Source of the DNA: Collibacillus ludicampi
GTDB lineage: Bacteria; Bacillota; Bacilli; Tumebacillales; BOQE01
Assembly (NCBI RefSeq): GCF_023705585.1
Contig: NZ_BOQE01000001.1
Span: forward strand, 337,642-369,641
Direction of reading: 5' to 3'
Length of the DNA: 32,000 nt
How positions within the stretch are numbered: position 1 is the first letter of the stretch; each line of letters opens with the position of its first letter. The translations under genes were made by a program, and so were the position numbers. Below the pieces are notes generated by a model. It searched no databases. It had not been told where the DNA came from and saw nothing but the letters and a program-made list of their open reading frames with translations. Below, in pieces: positions 9,305-18,338 of this stretch.

Positions 9305-9742
9305 ATGATAGTGAACCGGGAACGTTTCCTTGAACTCCTCGAACAGATCACTCCGGAACAACAGGAAGATCTGTTGCGCTTGATGGAAAAATGGGCGGCT
9401 ATGCCGAAACCGGGTCATAACGCGACGGATGGGGAGCTATCACCTTCTCACTCTGTGTTATCCAATCCCATTCTCTCTAAGGAATGGCATTGCTTGTCCG
9501 CGTTGAAGAAAGTGGTTGAAAAACATTTTCCGGCCCAGATTGAACTTGCATATATCGCTTTCCATCCTGACTTAAACAGTATCTCGACTGCCAAGACGAA
9601 ACCCGCGGCACGTAAAATGTACGCATTGGAAGCCGCCTATGAATTAAAAAGCATCCTTGAACATTCACCGGATTCCGACCTTTTGGACGAGGATGTACTC
9701 AAAACATTACATGATTATCTGCACTTAAAACATGATGACTAA
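9305..9742 (+). CDS. Hypothetical acidic protein of about 145 aa
   Basis: AAGGAG lies 8 nt before the ATG at 9305, inside ORF 9263..9742. No family was recognised. Confidence 0.55.
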   Translation: MIVNRERFLELLEQITPEQQEDLLRLMEKWAAMPKPGHNATDGELSPSHSVLSNPILSKEWHCLSALKKVVEKHFPAQIELAYIAFHPDLNSISTAKTKPAARKMYALEAAYELKSILEHSPDSDLLDEDVLKTLHDYLHLKHDD

Positions 9743-9745
9743 AGA

Positions 9746-9781
9746 CAAAGAGCGTATCTCAGAAGCAAGATACGCTCTTTG
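9746..9781. terminator. Shared 14-bp stem-loop between convergent genes
   Basis: CAAAGAGCGTATCT-CAGAAGCA-AGATACGCTCTTTG. The U-tracts are weak on both strands, so efficiency is uncertain. Confidence 0.55.
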
Positions 9782-9791
9782 TTATGCAGGT

Positions 9792-10145
9792 TCAACAACA
9801 AGAACCCGGTTGACCGTGTTCCTTTGCAGTTCGGAAAGAGCTTCCGCACCCGCAGGTTGAAACGGCGTTAGGATTGTCGATTTTGAAGCCTCCGCCCATC
9901 ATGTTTTCAACATAATCGATCGTTGCCCCTTCTACAAAGGGTGCGCTGTTCGGATCGACAAAGATGTTGATTTCATGTTGCGTAAAGGTCTGATCATCCT
10001 CTTTTTGCACATCCAGCGCAAGACCATAGTTAAAACCACTGCAACCGCCCGGTTTGATAAAGAGACGAAGACCAAGCTCTGGCTTGTTCTTTTGCTCAAT
10101 CAAAGCGCGCACTTTATCGGCTGCCGCTTCTGTCAATGTGATCAT
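9792..10145 (-). CDS. IscA/HesB-family Fe-S cluster insertion protein (YutM/SufA-like)
   Basis: GGCSGF and C-terminal CGCGSSF signature. AAAGGGGTGAG lies upstream of the ATG at 10145 (MITLTEAA...). Confidence 0.85.
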   Translation of the reverse strand: MITLTEAAADKVRALIEQKNKPELGLRLFIKPGGCSGFNYGLALDVQKEDDQTFTQHEINIFVDPNSAPFVEGATIDYVENMMGGGFKIDNPNAVSTCGCGSSFRTAKEHGQPGSCC

Positions 10146-10287
10146 GTTTCTCACCCCTTTACTTACTATTCTATACCCTTTATCAATCATTCGGCAAACT
10201 CATGTTCACCAGTTATTTTGTGAAGGCTCATCAAAGATGTTGTTTGTTAAACATCTCGACTTCTTTGTATGGGGCTGTGAACACTCT

Positions 10288-10755
10288 TTATAAAGTTTTC
10301 ACAAAAGCGAGAACCTCTTCCATATGTCCATTTACCTTGACTTTTGGATAAATCTTGCGGATTACACCAGTTTTGTCAATCACAAATGTCGTCCGCTCAA
10401 TCCCCATATAGGTTCGTCCGTAATTTTTCTTCTCCTTCCATACACCGTAAAGCTCAGCCACTCGATGTTCTGTATCCGCCAGCAACAAAAATGGCAACCC
10501 ATACTTTTCAATAAATTTCACATGTTTGTTCACTGGATCGGGGCTGACACCTAAGATGACCGCATCTGCACTCGCAAAATCATCATGAAGATCGCGGAAA
10601 CCGCATGCTTCCGTCGTACATCCAGGCGTATCATCTTTCGGATAAAAATAAAGAACCACATGTTTCCCGCGGAAGGAAGAGAGTGTTACATCTTCTCCGT
10701 TGGATGCAGGCAAAGTGAAATCAGAAGCAGACATGCCTTCTTGTATGTTTTCCAT
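10288..10755 (-). CDS. bcp: Thiol peroxidase Bcp (peroxiredoxin, AhpC/TSA family)
   Basis: YFYPKDDTPGCTTEAC active-site motif. AAAGGAG lies 8 nt before the ATG at 10755, so the longer ORF-track start at 10911 is unlikely. Confidence 0.85.
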   Translation of the reverse strand: MENIQEGMSASDFTLPASNGEDVTLSSFRGKHVVLYFYPKDDTPGCTTEACGFRDLHDDFASADAVILGVSPDPVNKHVKFIEKYGLPFLLLADTEHRVAELYGVWKEKKNYGRTYMGIERTTFVIDKTGVIRKIYPKVKVNGHMEEVLAFVKTL

Positions 10756-10789
10756 ACGAAATACTCCTTTCGTTTTTACACTATTAACC

Positions 10790-10818
10790 ATTCTAACACA
10801 GAAACGAATGCTTGTCTT
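10790..10818 (-). promoter_or_regulatory. Candidate promoter for bcp (AAGACA - 17 nt - TGtTAGAAT, extended -10)
   Basis: Read on the minus strand: -35 at 10818-10813 and -10 at 10795-10790, preceded by TGt. Confidence 0.4.
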
Positions 10819-10984
10819 TTCTCGTGAAACCGAAAGAAAATCCTCTATAAAGCCATGATCCTTTTGATTCGACACTTCTTTCCATGCAGAGATGTATAAA
10901 AATTGATACACTAATTGCTGGAGACTTCCGGTATGTTTGGCAAAGCCGGCAAACCAATCTCTCTATTCGAGAAAGGAGTAGACG

Positions 10985-11734
10985 ATGAGCAAACGTGTCG
11001 TACTGATCACAGGAGGAGCACAAGGGATCGGCGAGGCGATCGTACGTTCTTTTGTGCAAGCTGGAGAGCAAGTGGTATTTATTGATGTAAACGAAGAAAA
11101 AGGTTTGTCTTTACTCGCCCAATTGAGGGAAATGGGCGGGCATGCCCATTTTATCTGTGCTGATGTGGCAAAAGCAGATGATGTCAAACGTGTGATCAAA
11201 GAGATCGAGACGAAATTCGGAAACTTGCATGTCCTGATCAACAATGCTGGAGTTTCATGGTTTCACCCCCTCGAAGAGATCGAGATCGAAACGTTTGATC
11301 GCATATTGGCCATCAATCTGCGCGGTCCGTTCCTCTTGGCTAAATTTGCTGCTCCATTGATCAAAAAAAGTGTTCAACAAAATGGGGAAGGTGCCATCAT
11401 AAATATCGCCTCGACACGAGCTTTGATGTCCGAACCGCACAACGAAGCGTATGCCGCATCCAAAGGCGGACTGCTGGCATTGACACACGCACTCGCCAAC
11501 TCCTTGGGGCCAGCCATTCGCGTGAATGCAATCTGCCCGGGATGGATCGATACGACCGGCGGAAAAGATATACGCCCGGAAGATCATTCCCAACATCCGG
11601 TGGGACGGGTAGGAACTCCTTGCGACATCGCCGAAGCCTGCCGTTTTCTCGCGAGTGAGGCGGCCGGCTTCATTACAGGACAAAAGATCGTCATCGACGG
11701 CGGCATGACGATCAAGATGCAATATGTGGAGTAG
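10985..11734 (+). CDS. Short-chain dehydrogenase/reductase (SDR) family oxidoreductase
   Basis: TGGAQGIG cofactor motif, NNAG, and a YAASK catalytic dyad. RBS GAAAGGAG precedes it. Confidence 0.9.
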   Translation: MSKRVVLITGGAQGIGEAIVRSFVQAGEQVVFIDVNEEKGLSLLAQLREMGGHAHFICADVAKADDVKRVIKEIETKFGNLHVLINNAGVSWFHPLEEIEIETFDRILAINLRGPFLLAKFAAPLIKKSVQQNGEGAIINIASTRALMSEPHNEAYAASKGGLLALTHALANSLGPAIRVNAICPGWIDTTGGKDIRPEDHSQHPVGRVGTPCDIAEACRFLASEAAGFITGQKIVIDGGMTIKMQYVE

Positions 11735-11835
11735 CGGCCCCTCCGACAACCACAACCAGGCGAAATAGACCGCTACGATACTTCCGCTTCCCGGCCAAAG
11801 GCTTCCTCTTCGTTCCGTAGTAAAGGCCGGGGGGA

Positions 11836-14046
11836 TTATCTTTCATATCCGATGACTGGAACGACCATATACAAAAGAACACTAGCAGCGGCCACGACTC
11901 CCGAATCATTAAGTGCGAAAACGGCGAGACCTGTGACGAGCGCAGTCAATAACCCTTTCTTCCAGAGTGAACTCAGGGTGAACCACTTGCTTCTCATGGG
12001 ACTGAACAGGAAGAAACATACGCCAGCGAGTGTGATTAGAAATAATTTCCCCCATAATGAAACGGCGAGTAAACGCAAATTCAATTCCGCCTTACGGACG
12101 ATAATAGAAGCGATCGCATGCAGATCACCCTGTAACAATACAAATCCCGCTCTACCGATATGCGTCTGTTCCCCGTTCGGGACGATCAGATTAAGGGCCA
12201 GCAAGGCGATAAAACCGAGAATTGTCGCTCCCGTCAAAAGCCATCCTTTTTGTTTCGGAGTCTGCACATGGGCAAACAGACAGAGCGAATACGTATAGCC
12301 GATCACGGCGGCTAGCGCTCCCCCCGCATTGGTACCGAATTGGGGAGCGGCCAACAGGTAGATCACCCCGAGAAAAAGAAGAAATGAAAACGCATACGTC
12401 TGTTTTTTGTGGCGCGGATACAATTCTAATAACGTATACACAAACAAAAGAGAAGCTCCGATCAATACTCCCATATACTCATTACCGATTCCGTAATAAC
12501 GCGCTCCTCCGATCACGTCATACCCCAAGAGGGATTGTCTGACACAGGAAGCTCCTGTTAACATATCGAGCAACAGGGCTCCGGTGGTGAGTCCCCCGAT
12601 GATCATCAAACGCCGCATTCTCATCTTTACGAAGGAAAGTGTGGCGATCGTCGTCATACTGATTAGAAACAACCATTCGAGAGTAGCCGAAGCTGTCTCC
12701 GGATGGAAGACCGGAACGACAACCATAGCGAGAGGAACGACGAGCAGGCGTTCCAGGAAGGATCGGATCATGTGAAACAATCGCCATTTCAATGGATGTG
12801 CCAGGAACGCCAGCATGAGAAGAGCGATCAAAAGTTCCACATAGAAACGCAGCACGGGTATCCGCACCAGATTGGGAAGCTCCCATTCTGACGACCATCG
12901 GCGCAAATCAGTGAGTGAAAATCCGTCATGCCGCACGCTTGTCATGGGCTGCCCCAAAACGAATTCGCTGCCCGCTGTCCCGCCTAGAAAGGAAAGTATA
13001 GTGTGGGCAAGATCATAATTCGTAACGAGTCCTTGGATCTTCGTCGTATTTGAATAAAGGACTCCCGACGGCTTGAAGTCTCCGCCCGCCATGACTAATG
13101 GGGTGATCCCTTCTTGCCCGATACCCATGTCCGAGAATGACAGTGGACTCGCAACGATCAATAACGTTTGCGAATCAATTTCAGAGAACAAACGGCCAAT
13201 CAGACTATCCATGCGTGCGAGATCCTGCATATATACATGTTCCGCGACCGCAGAGTCGATTTGCTCTTTTTCCGCATGTAAGCGCAACAAATCCCCTGTC
13301 TCAATCACCGTTAATGTCGCCTTGTCCCGCACTCGTAAATAGGATTGATATAACTTCTCATAATCTGTGCGGATTCCGAAAGGCTGGACAGGGTCTTTAC
13401 ACAACACCTCGTTTCCCACTTGACCGAAATCCGTTTGACCCGCTTGGTTCATTGTAATCAAGGGCGCCAAACGATAGTAACGATTTCCTAGGTCGCTGTT
13501 CCCGATCACGGCGGTTTTACCGCCCATGTCTTTGATCTGTTCCCCCATCCAACCGAGTTGAAAACGATAAGGAAGGGACTGGTTCACGTTTGTAAGCGGC
13601 ATCATATACGGAAAGACCACATCACCAAGAGCGGGAGATCCAAGGTTTCGTTCATACAAGTCACGTCCCTTGATCGCCTGATACTCGTCGGGCAAGATGA
13701 CCCGTTCATCCTTTTCAAATGACAAACATGCCTGTTTTTCGCCCGTCACTTTGTTTCCGGCACCTATCGTCGCATAAGCGGCTTCCTCCGAACGTATCCC
13801 GGCCGTATTGGTACTCATCATTCCAATGGATCCTTTTTTCATCAATGTATATAGATTGGGCGTTTTTTCAGGTGAAATATGTTCAAGGGAGAGACCTGCA
13901 GCCAAAACGAGGATCACCCGTTTGTGCGATCGAATGCTTTCCGCGAGCACCGATTTCTGCGGGATAAGCATCATCAAAATGGAGAGCAGAGAGAGAAAGA
14001 TCAGTTCCTTTCTCCCTTTGTTATAAAGAAACTTTCTCTTCATCAA
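11836..14046 (-). CDS. Large envelope protein: signal/anchor, then an extracytoplasmic domain of about 370 aa (possibly alkaline-phosphatase-superfamily-like), then a C-terminal polytopic membrane domain
   Basis: A 736-aa ORF. The N-terminus MMKRKF...LIFLSLLSILMMLI..VLA-ES is signal-like. The VILVLAAGLS..TPNLYTLMKKG segment recalls the AlkP/NPP fold. At least 9 hydrophobic helices occupy the C-terminal half. The start overlaps the upstream GT4 stop by 26 nt, with AAAGGGGAG as RBS. Confidence 0.75.
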   Translation of the reverse strand: MMKRKFLYNKGRKELIFLSLLSILMMLIPQKSVLAESIRSHKRVILVLAAGLSLEHISPEKTPNLYTLMKKGSIGMMSTNTAGIRSEEAAYATIGAGNKVTGEKQACLSFEKDERVILPDEYQAIKGRDLYERNLGSPALGDVVFPYMMPLTNVNQSLPYRFQLGWMGEQIKDMGGKTAVIGNSDLGNRYYRLAPLITMNQAGQTDFGQVGNEVLCKDPVQPFGIRTDYEKLYQSYLRVRDKATLTVIETGDLLRLHAEKEQIDSAVAEHVYMQDLARMDSLIGRLFSEIDSQTLLIVASPLSFSDMGIGQEGITPLVMAGGDFKPSGVLYSNTTKIQGLVTNYDLAHTILSFLGGTAGSEFVLGQPMTSVRHDGFSLTDLRRWSSEWELPNLVRIPVLRFYVELLIALLMLAFLAHPLKWRLFHMIRSFLERLLVVPLAMVVVPVFHPETASATLEWLFLISMTTIATLSFVKMRMRRLMIIGGLTTGALLLDMLTGASCVRQSLLGYDVIGGARYYGIGNEYMGVLIGASLLFVYTLLELYPRHKKQTYAFSFLLFLGVIYLLAAPQFGTNAGGALAAVIGYTYSLCLFAHVQTPKQKGWLLTGATILGFIALLALNLIVPNGEQTHIGRAGFVLLQGDLHAIASIIVRKAELNLRLLAVSLWGKLFLITLAGVCFFLFSPMRSKWFTLSSLWKKGLLTALVTGLAVFALNDSGVVAAASVLLYMVVPVIGYER

Positions 14047-15175
14047 ACGCTCCCCTTTCTTTCATGCAAGCACGATACACTTCTAACGTTTCTTGTAACA
14101 TTTTGGAAACCGTAAAATAGGCAGTCGCATACTCCTTTCCTTTCATTGCCAATTGTCGTTTCAAAGGCGGATCCATATACATTCGTTCCACCGCTTTTGC
14201 CAGTGCACACGCATCTCCCGGTTGGACAAGCAGGCCGGTTTCTCCGTCTTGTACAACTTCTTCTAATCCCCCCACGAATGTAGCGATCAGGGGAACACCC
14301 GCAAGCATCGACTCGGCCGCGACAAGACCAAAACCTTCTTGCAAAGAAGGAATCACGCAAAGATCGAATCCTCTGAGAAAACGAACTGCGTCGGGGACGT
14401 GTCCGAGAAAACGGATACGACCTTTTGTATCGATTTTTGCTGCCATTCTTTCCAACTTGTCTCGTTCAGGCCCGTCACCGATGATGACGAGATCCATATC
14501 ATAACCACAACGCAGAAGCGTATGGAATGCGTCTAGCAAGAAGGAAACTCCTTTTTCATAGATCAGACGACTGATCGTCCCGATGACAAAACGGTCGTTT
14601 GCTACCCCAAGAAATTTCCTTGCATCAGTAACTGTAAAAGGTTCCCTGGGTAGAGCAACTCCATTATGGATGATACGGATTTTCTCCTCAGACACATCGA
14701 GTCGAGATCCGCAATGTTTTGCCAATGCATGAGAAACTGTGATCAAACAATCGGTATCACGCAGCAGCCATTGTTCCAATCCCTGATAGACCCTTTTCCG
14801 CCACCTATTCTTCGGTTCTATAAAGTTATGTATGGTATACACGAGACGAGGGGTTTTTTTCATCATTCGTGCAGCCAATCTTCCGACAAGCCCCGCTTTT
14901 GCTCCGTGCATATGCAGAATATCCACTGGATTGTTCTCCATCCATTCTTTCAAACGTAAGGACGCCAAGAGATCATGATATGGCGCCCATCCATCATAAA
15001 TAGGAATACCCACTCGTCTGACTCCTTCAGGAGCTTCACGAAAGAGACGTGAATCAGGCGGACAGGCAACGGAAACTTGAAAGGAAGCGGAAGACCCTCT
15101 GAGCAGATGCTGTACATGCTGCAGCATGCCTCCTTCCGCGGGACGAACAAGATGAAGAATATGGATGGATTGCAT
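14021..15175 (-). CDS. Family-4 (GT-B) glycosyltransferase
   Basis: PSLQEGFGLVAAESMLAGVPLIATFVGGLEEVV (E-x7-E motif) in a 384-aa ORF. RBS GAAGGTGG precedes it. Confidence 0.9.
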   Translation of the reverse strand: MQSIHILHLVRPAEGGMLQHVQHLLRGSSASFQVSVACPPDSRLFREAPEGVRRVGIPIYDGWAPYHDLLASLRLKEWMENNPVDILHMHGAKAGLVGRLAARMMKKTPRLVYTIHNFIEPKNRWRKRVYQGLEQWLLRDTDCLITVSHALAKHCGSRLDVSEEKIRIIHNGVALPREPFTVTDARKFLGVANDRFVIGTISRLIYEKGVSFLLDAFHTLLRCGYDMDLVIIGDGPERDKLERMAAKIDTKGRIRFLGHVPDAVRFLRGFDLCVIPSLQEGFGLVAAESMLAGVPLIATFVGGLEEVVQDGETGLLVQPGDACALAKAVERMYMDPPLKRQLAMKGKEYATAYFTVSKMLQETLEVYRACMKERGAFDEEKVSL

Positions 15176-15230
15176 AAGTACACCACCTTCGTTTCCAGTA
15201 TTCCCCTCTTATTTCGAAAATATGTAGCAT

Positions 15231-15270
15231 GCAAAAAAGGGCTTCCCTCTCAAAAAGAAGAAGCCCTTTT
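15231..15270 (-). terminator. Rho-independent terminator after the LysM/3D gene
   Basis: AAAGGGCTTC...GAAGCCCTTT stem, followed on the minus strand by TTTTTTGC. Confidence 0.7.
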
Positions 15271-15284
15271 TACCCACTGAAATC

Positions 15285-16061
15285 TCACTTCAGTACTTTT
15301 ACTGTTACATTTTGTACGCCAAATTTACGCACCGTAGCGTCATCCGCATGAATATAGATATCGATACGGTTGCCACGAATCGCCCCGCCGGTATCTTCAG
15401 CAGTGGCCATGAAGCCACCGGCCGGGAGGTTCGGATCGTTATAGCCGGAAATCCACACTTTGGATCCCAGTGGAATCACATTCGGATCCACGGCGATCAT
15501 TCCCTGTGCTACGTGCTTGCCTGTCTTTGTCAAACCGCCCCATCCTGTAGAATCTGCAGGACCGTATGCAGTCGCTACACAATCAAGCGTCTTTACGACT
15601 TGCGCATCGGCAACAGGTGAAGCTTGATCCGTATGAACCGGAGCGGTCTTGTTCCCCTCTGTTGGTTCTTCCGGTGTAGCAGAGGCTGCAGCCGTTACCT
15701 CCTTGCTGCCAACAGGAAGCTGTAAGACTTGTCCAACCAAGATCAAGGACCCTTGCAAACCGTTTGCTCGTTGAATTTCTTCCACAGTCGTGTTGTATCT
15801 CTGCGATAGCTTCCAAAGGGTATCCCCTTCAACAACACGATACGACATCGGTTGATTCATTTCTTTTCCCGACTGAATTTTATCGCTTGTAAGATGATTC
15901 GCAATCTTCCAGGCGCTCACAGTCGTTCCTGTCTTCTTCGAGAGGTCATAAAGTGTGTCACCCTTTTGTACCGTATATGTTGTCGCGGACGCTTGTGCAG
16001 ATCCAAACAAAGCACCACACAGAATGGCTCCCATAGCCAGTGCTTTGACACGTTCTTTCAT
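15285..16061 (-). CDS. Secreted cell-wall protein with two LysM repeats and a C-terminal 3D domain (YocH/MltA-like)
   Basis: A signal peptide is followed by two YTVQKGDTLYDLS / YRVVEGDTLWKLS LysM-type repeats. The 3D-domain tail is ATAYGP...IAVDPNVIPLGSKVWISGY...AEDTGGAIRGNRIDIY. GAAGGAGG lies before the ATG at 16061. Confidence 0.85.
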   Translation of the reverse strand: MKERVKALAMGAILCGALFGSAQASATTYTVQKGDTLYDLSKKTGTTVSAWKIANHLTSDKIQSGKEMNQPMSYRVVEGDTLWKLSQRYNTTVEEIQRANGLQGSLILVGQVLQLPVGSKEVTAAASATPEEPTEGNKTAPVHTDQASPVADAQVVKTLDCVATAYGPADSTGWGGLTKTGKHVAQGMIAVDPNVIPLGSKVWISGYNDPNLPAGGFMATAEDTGGAIRGNRIDIYIHADDATVRKFGVQNVTVKVLK

Positions 16062-16080
16062 ATTCACTTCCTCCTTCAAA

Positions 16081-16192
16081 GGCCTCCGGAGTTAGCTGAC
16101 GGGTTCGGGTGAAGGATCCCCCGCCTGTTGGTTACCAATAGGTTCACCCCAAAAGTTGGTTCCTCCGTACTTGATCAACAAGATTCGGCCAT
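16081..16192 (-). promoter_or_regulatory. c-di-AMP riboswitch (ydaO-yuaA class)
   Basis: The minus strand reads GGCCGAATC...ACGGAGGAACC...GGGGTGAACC...CACCCGAACCCGTCAGCTAACTCCGGAGGCC. This matches the remembered conserved blocks of the ydaO motif, and it abuts the RBS of the LysM/3D gene. Confidence 0.75.
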
Positions 16193-16275
16193 AAAATGTA
16201 CGCAGAATAGTATACCGATTACCGATCAAAACTTCATTAGTAATCGAATGGTGCAGGAGGAAGAAAGTACATATC

Positions 16276-16310
16276 AATAAAAAACAGTCTATCTGCAATC
16301 AGATAGACTG
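16276..16310 (-). terminator. Rho-independent terminator of the speA-like gene
   Basis: CAGTCTATCTG-ATTG-CAGATAGACTG followed by TTTTTTATT on the minus strand. The 5' arm overlaps the last codons and the stop codon. Confidence 0.8.
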
Positions 16311-17762
16311 TGCAACCACCTTCACGTACTCGATATTCGGATCATCCGTTCCTTGTACGGGCAAACCCGCTTTCATATGTTCGCGGATATAATCCACGTT
16401 CTCTTGTGTGACGATTTCGCCGGGAAGCAAAATCGGAATCCCCGGTGGATAGACCATCACGAGTTCCGCAAACGTGCGACCGATCGCTTCATCGAGAGGA
16501 ACGACTTCCGTTTTTGCATAAAAAGCGTCCCTTGGGGACATTGCGAGGAGGGGTACCGCCGGTATCTTCACACGAACTTCTGTTTTATCGCGCTGCCCCA
16601 CAAATTTCTCCGAAATGCGACGCAAGGCGGATACAAGAATGTCGATCGTTTCGTCCGTATCTCCGAATGTAACGATACAAAGGATGTTATAAAGATCGGA
16701 AAGTTCCACTTCAATATTAAATTCTTCCCGTAAGATCTCCTCCACCTGATGACCCGTAATGCCCAATTCTTTCACAGAGATCGTTAATTTGGTGGGGTCG
16801 AAGGCAAACTTCGAGGACGAATCCAGAATTTCCTCGCCAAAACAATAGAGCCCGGGGATTTCGTTGATCTCCTTACGCGCCCGTTCCGCCAAACGGATCG
16901 CGGTATCGATCAATTCATGCCCGTGCATATAAAGATTCTTGCGCGCCACATCCAGTGATGCTAGCAATAAATAAGAAGTCGATGTCGTATGAAGCATCGA
17001 TAAGATCGCATGAACATGTGATGGATTGACCAGTCCCTCACGAACGTTCAAGATGGATGACTGTGTCAACGATCCACCCAATTTATGAACCGAGGTAGCT
17101 GCCATGTCAGCCCCCGCCTTCATGGAAGAAAGAGGGAGTTTCTCGTGAAAAGGAAGATGCGCGCCGTGCGCTTCATCCACGATCACGGGAATGTTGCGCG
17201 CATGTGCCAGTTCCACGATGGCTTGCAAGTCACACGCCACACCAAAATAAGTCGGGTTGATGAGAAGTATCGCTTTCACATCCGGATGGTGTGTCAGCAT
17301 CATAGAAACAGTCTCTACGGATACACCGTGCGCGATTCCAAGATTGTGATCCACGTCCGGATGCATGAAGATCGGTTGTGCACCCGATAAGATAATCGCC
17401 GTCAATACCGATTTGTGCAAATTACGCGGAACGAGAATCTTGTCCCCGGGGCCGACAACCGACATGATCATCGTCATGATCGCGCCGGACGTTCCTTGAA
17501 CGGAAAAAAACGTGTAATCGGCACCGAACGCTTCCGCAGCCAACTCTTGTGCATCACGGATCATCCCCATTGGATGATGGAGATCATCCATCGGTGCGAT
17601 GTTGATCAGATCGATCGACAAAGCGTTTTGTCCGATAAATTCACGGAATTCGGAAGGCATTCCGCTCCCTTTTTTATGACCGGGTATATGGAACTGAATC
17701 GGGTTTTTTTTCGCGTGTTCAACAAGCGCCGAAAAGAGAGGAGTTTCATTCTGTTTATTCAT
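16299..17762 (-). CDS. speA: Orn/Lys/Arg decarboxylase family PLP enzyme, closest in my memory to B. subtilis arginine decarboxylase SpeA
   Basis: The 487-aa ORF is collinear with the remembered SpeA sequence (PIQFHIPGHKKG, ATSVHKLGGSLTQSS, VMVYPPGIPI). Confidence 0.8.
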   Translation of the reverse strand: MNKQNETPLFSALVEHAKKNPIQFHIPGHKKGSGMPSEFREFIGQNALSIDLINIAPMDDLHHPMGMIRDAQELAAEAFGADYTFFSVQGTSGAIMTMIMSVVGPGDKILVPRNLHKSVLTAIILSGAQPIFMHPDVDHNLGIAHGVSVETVSMMLTHHPDVKAILLINPTYFGVACDLQAIVELAHARNIPVIVDEAHGAHLPFHEKLPLSSMKAGADMAATSVHKLGGSLTQSSILNVREGLVNPSHVHAILSMLHTTSTSYLLLASLDVARKNLYMHGHELIDTAIRLAERARKEINEIPGLYCFGEEILDSSSKFAFDPTKLTISVKELGITGHQVEEILREEFNIEVELSDLYNILCIVTFGDTDETIDILVSALRRISEKFVGQRDKTEVRVKIPAVPLLAMSPRDAFYAKTEVVPLDEAIGRTFAELVMVYPPGIPILLPGEIVTQENVDYIREHMKAGLPVQGTDDPNIEYVKVVAQSI

Positions 17763-17853
17763 AAGGCAATTTCCTTTCTCACGTACATAACGAACTGATT
17801 ATATCAGAACCACCTCTGTAACGGAATGTATTTTTACAAAAATATGTTCATTT

Positions 17854-18318
17854 TTATGAAAGAGAGGATTTTACATTTTCATCCGTATTTTTCCACAGTT
17901 CCCCGCCGCGAAATTCCCGCAAGAAATCGGACAAAAGTTTTTTTTCCTTCTCCGTCAAGGCATCTACCTGTACTTTGCCTTTCATCGCTGCATCCATCTT
18001 GTTCACTTGATCAGGAAGACTCTTGTAGCCGGTTCGCGCTTCCTTATCAATCACGAGTACGGAACCGCAAATCCCCGAGTAGCCGAAGCCCCCTTCCGTA
18101 CGACGCAAAGTGACCCAAATAACAGGGATACGGATGCCCCCCGGTACTTCATCGGGACTTTTAGCTGAAAATGAGATGCCTCGTTCCACGCGGCTCTTCC
18201 CGTGAATCGCGCCATTATCAATGAACACCTCTTCTCCGTCAATGATAACCGCCGATAAGGTAGCAAATTCGTCGGGGGTATCATGTCGGGAACGACCTGT
18301 GATTCCCAATTGTTCCAT
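17854..18318 (-). CDS. Hypothetical protein, possibly YwhD family
   Basis: A 154-aa ORF with GGAAGGGAG 8 nt before the ATG. The segment EARTGYKSLPDQVNKMD resembles my recollection of YwhD-family proteins, which I could not verify. Confidence 0.55.
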   Translation of the reverse strand: MEQLGITGRSRHDTPDEFATLSAVIIDGEEVFIDNGAIHGKSRVERGISFSAKSPDEVPGGIRIPVIWVTLRRTEGGFGYSGICGSVLVIDKEARTGYKSLPDQVNKMDAAMKGKVQVDALTEKEKKLLSDFLREFRGGELWKNTDENVKSSLS

Positions 18319-18338
18319 ATGTTCAACTCCCTTCCAAT

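Noticed and set aside
11255-11755. Antisense or overlapping ORFs inside well-supported genes (for example 11255..11755 -, 30010..30630 +, 21161..21670 +, 25372..25800 +, 18858..19322 +)
   Set aside because: They are shadow ORFs opposite strongly supported coding frames, with no RBS, no recognisable motifs and skewed amino-acid composition.
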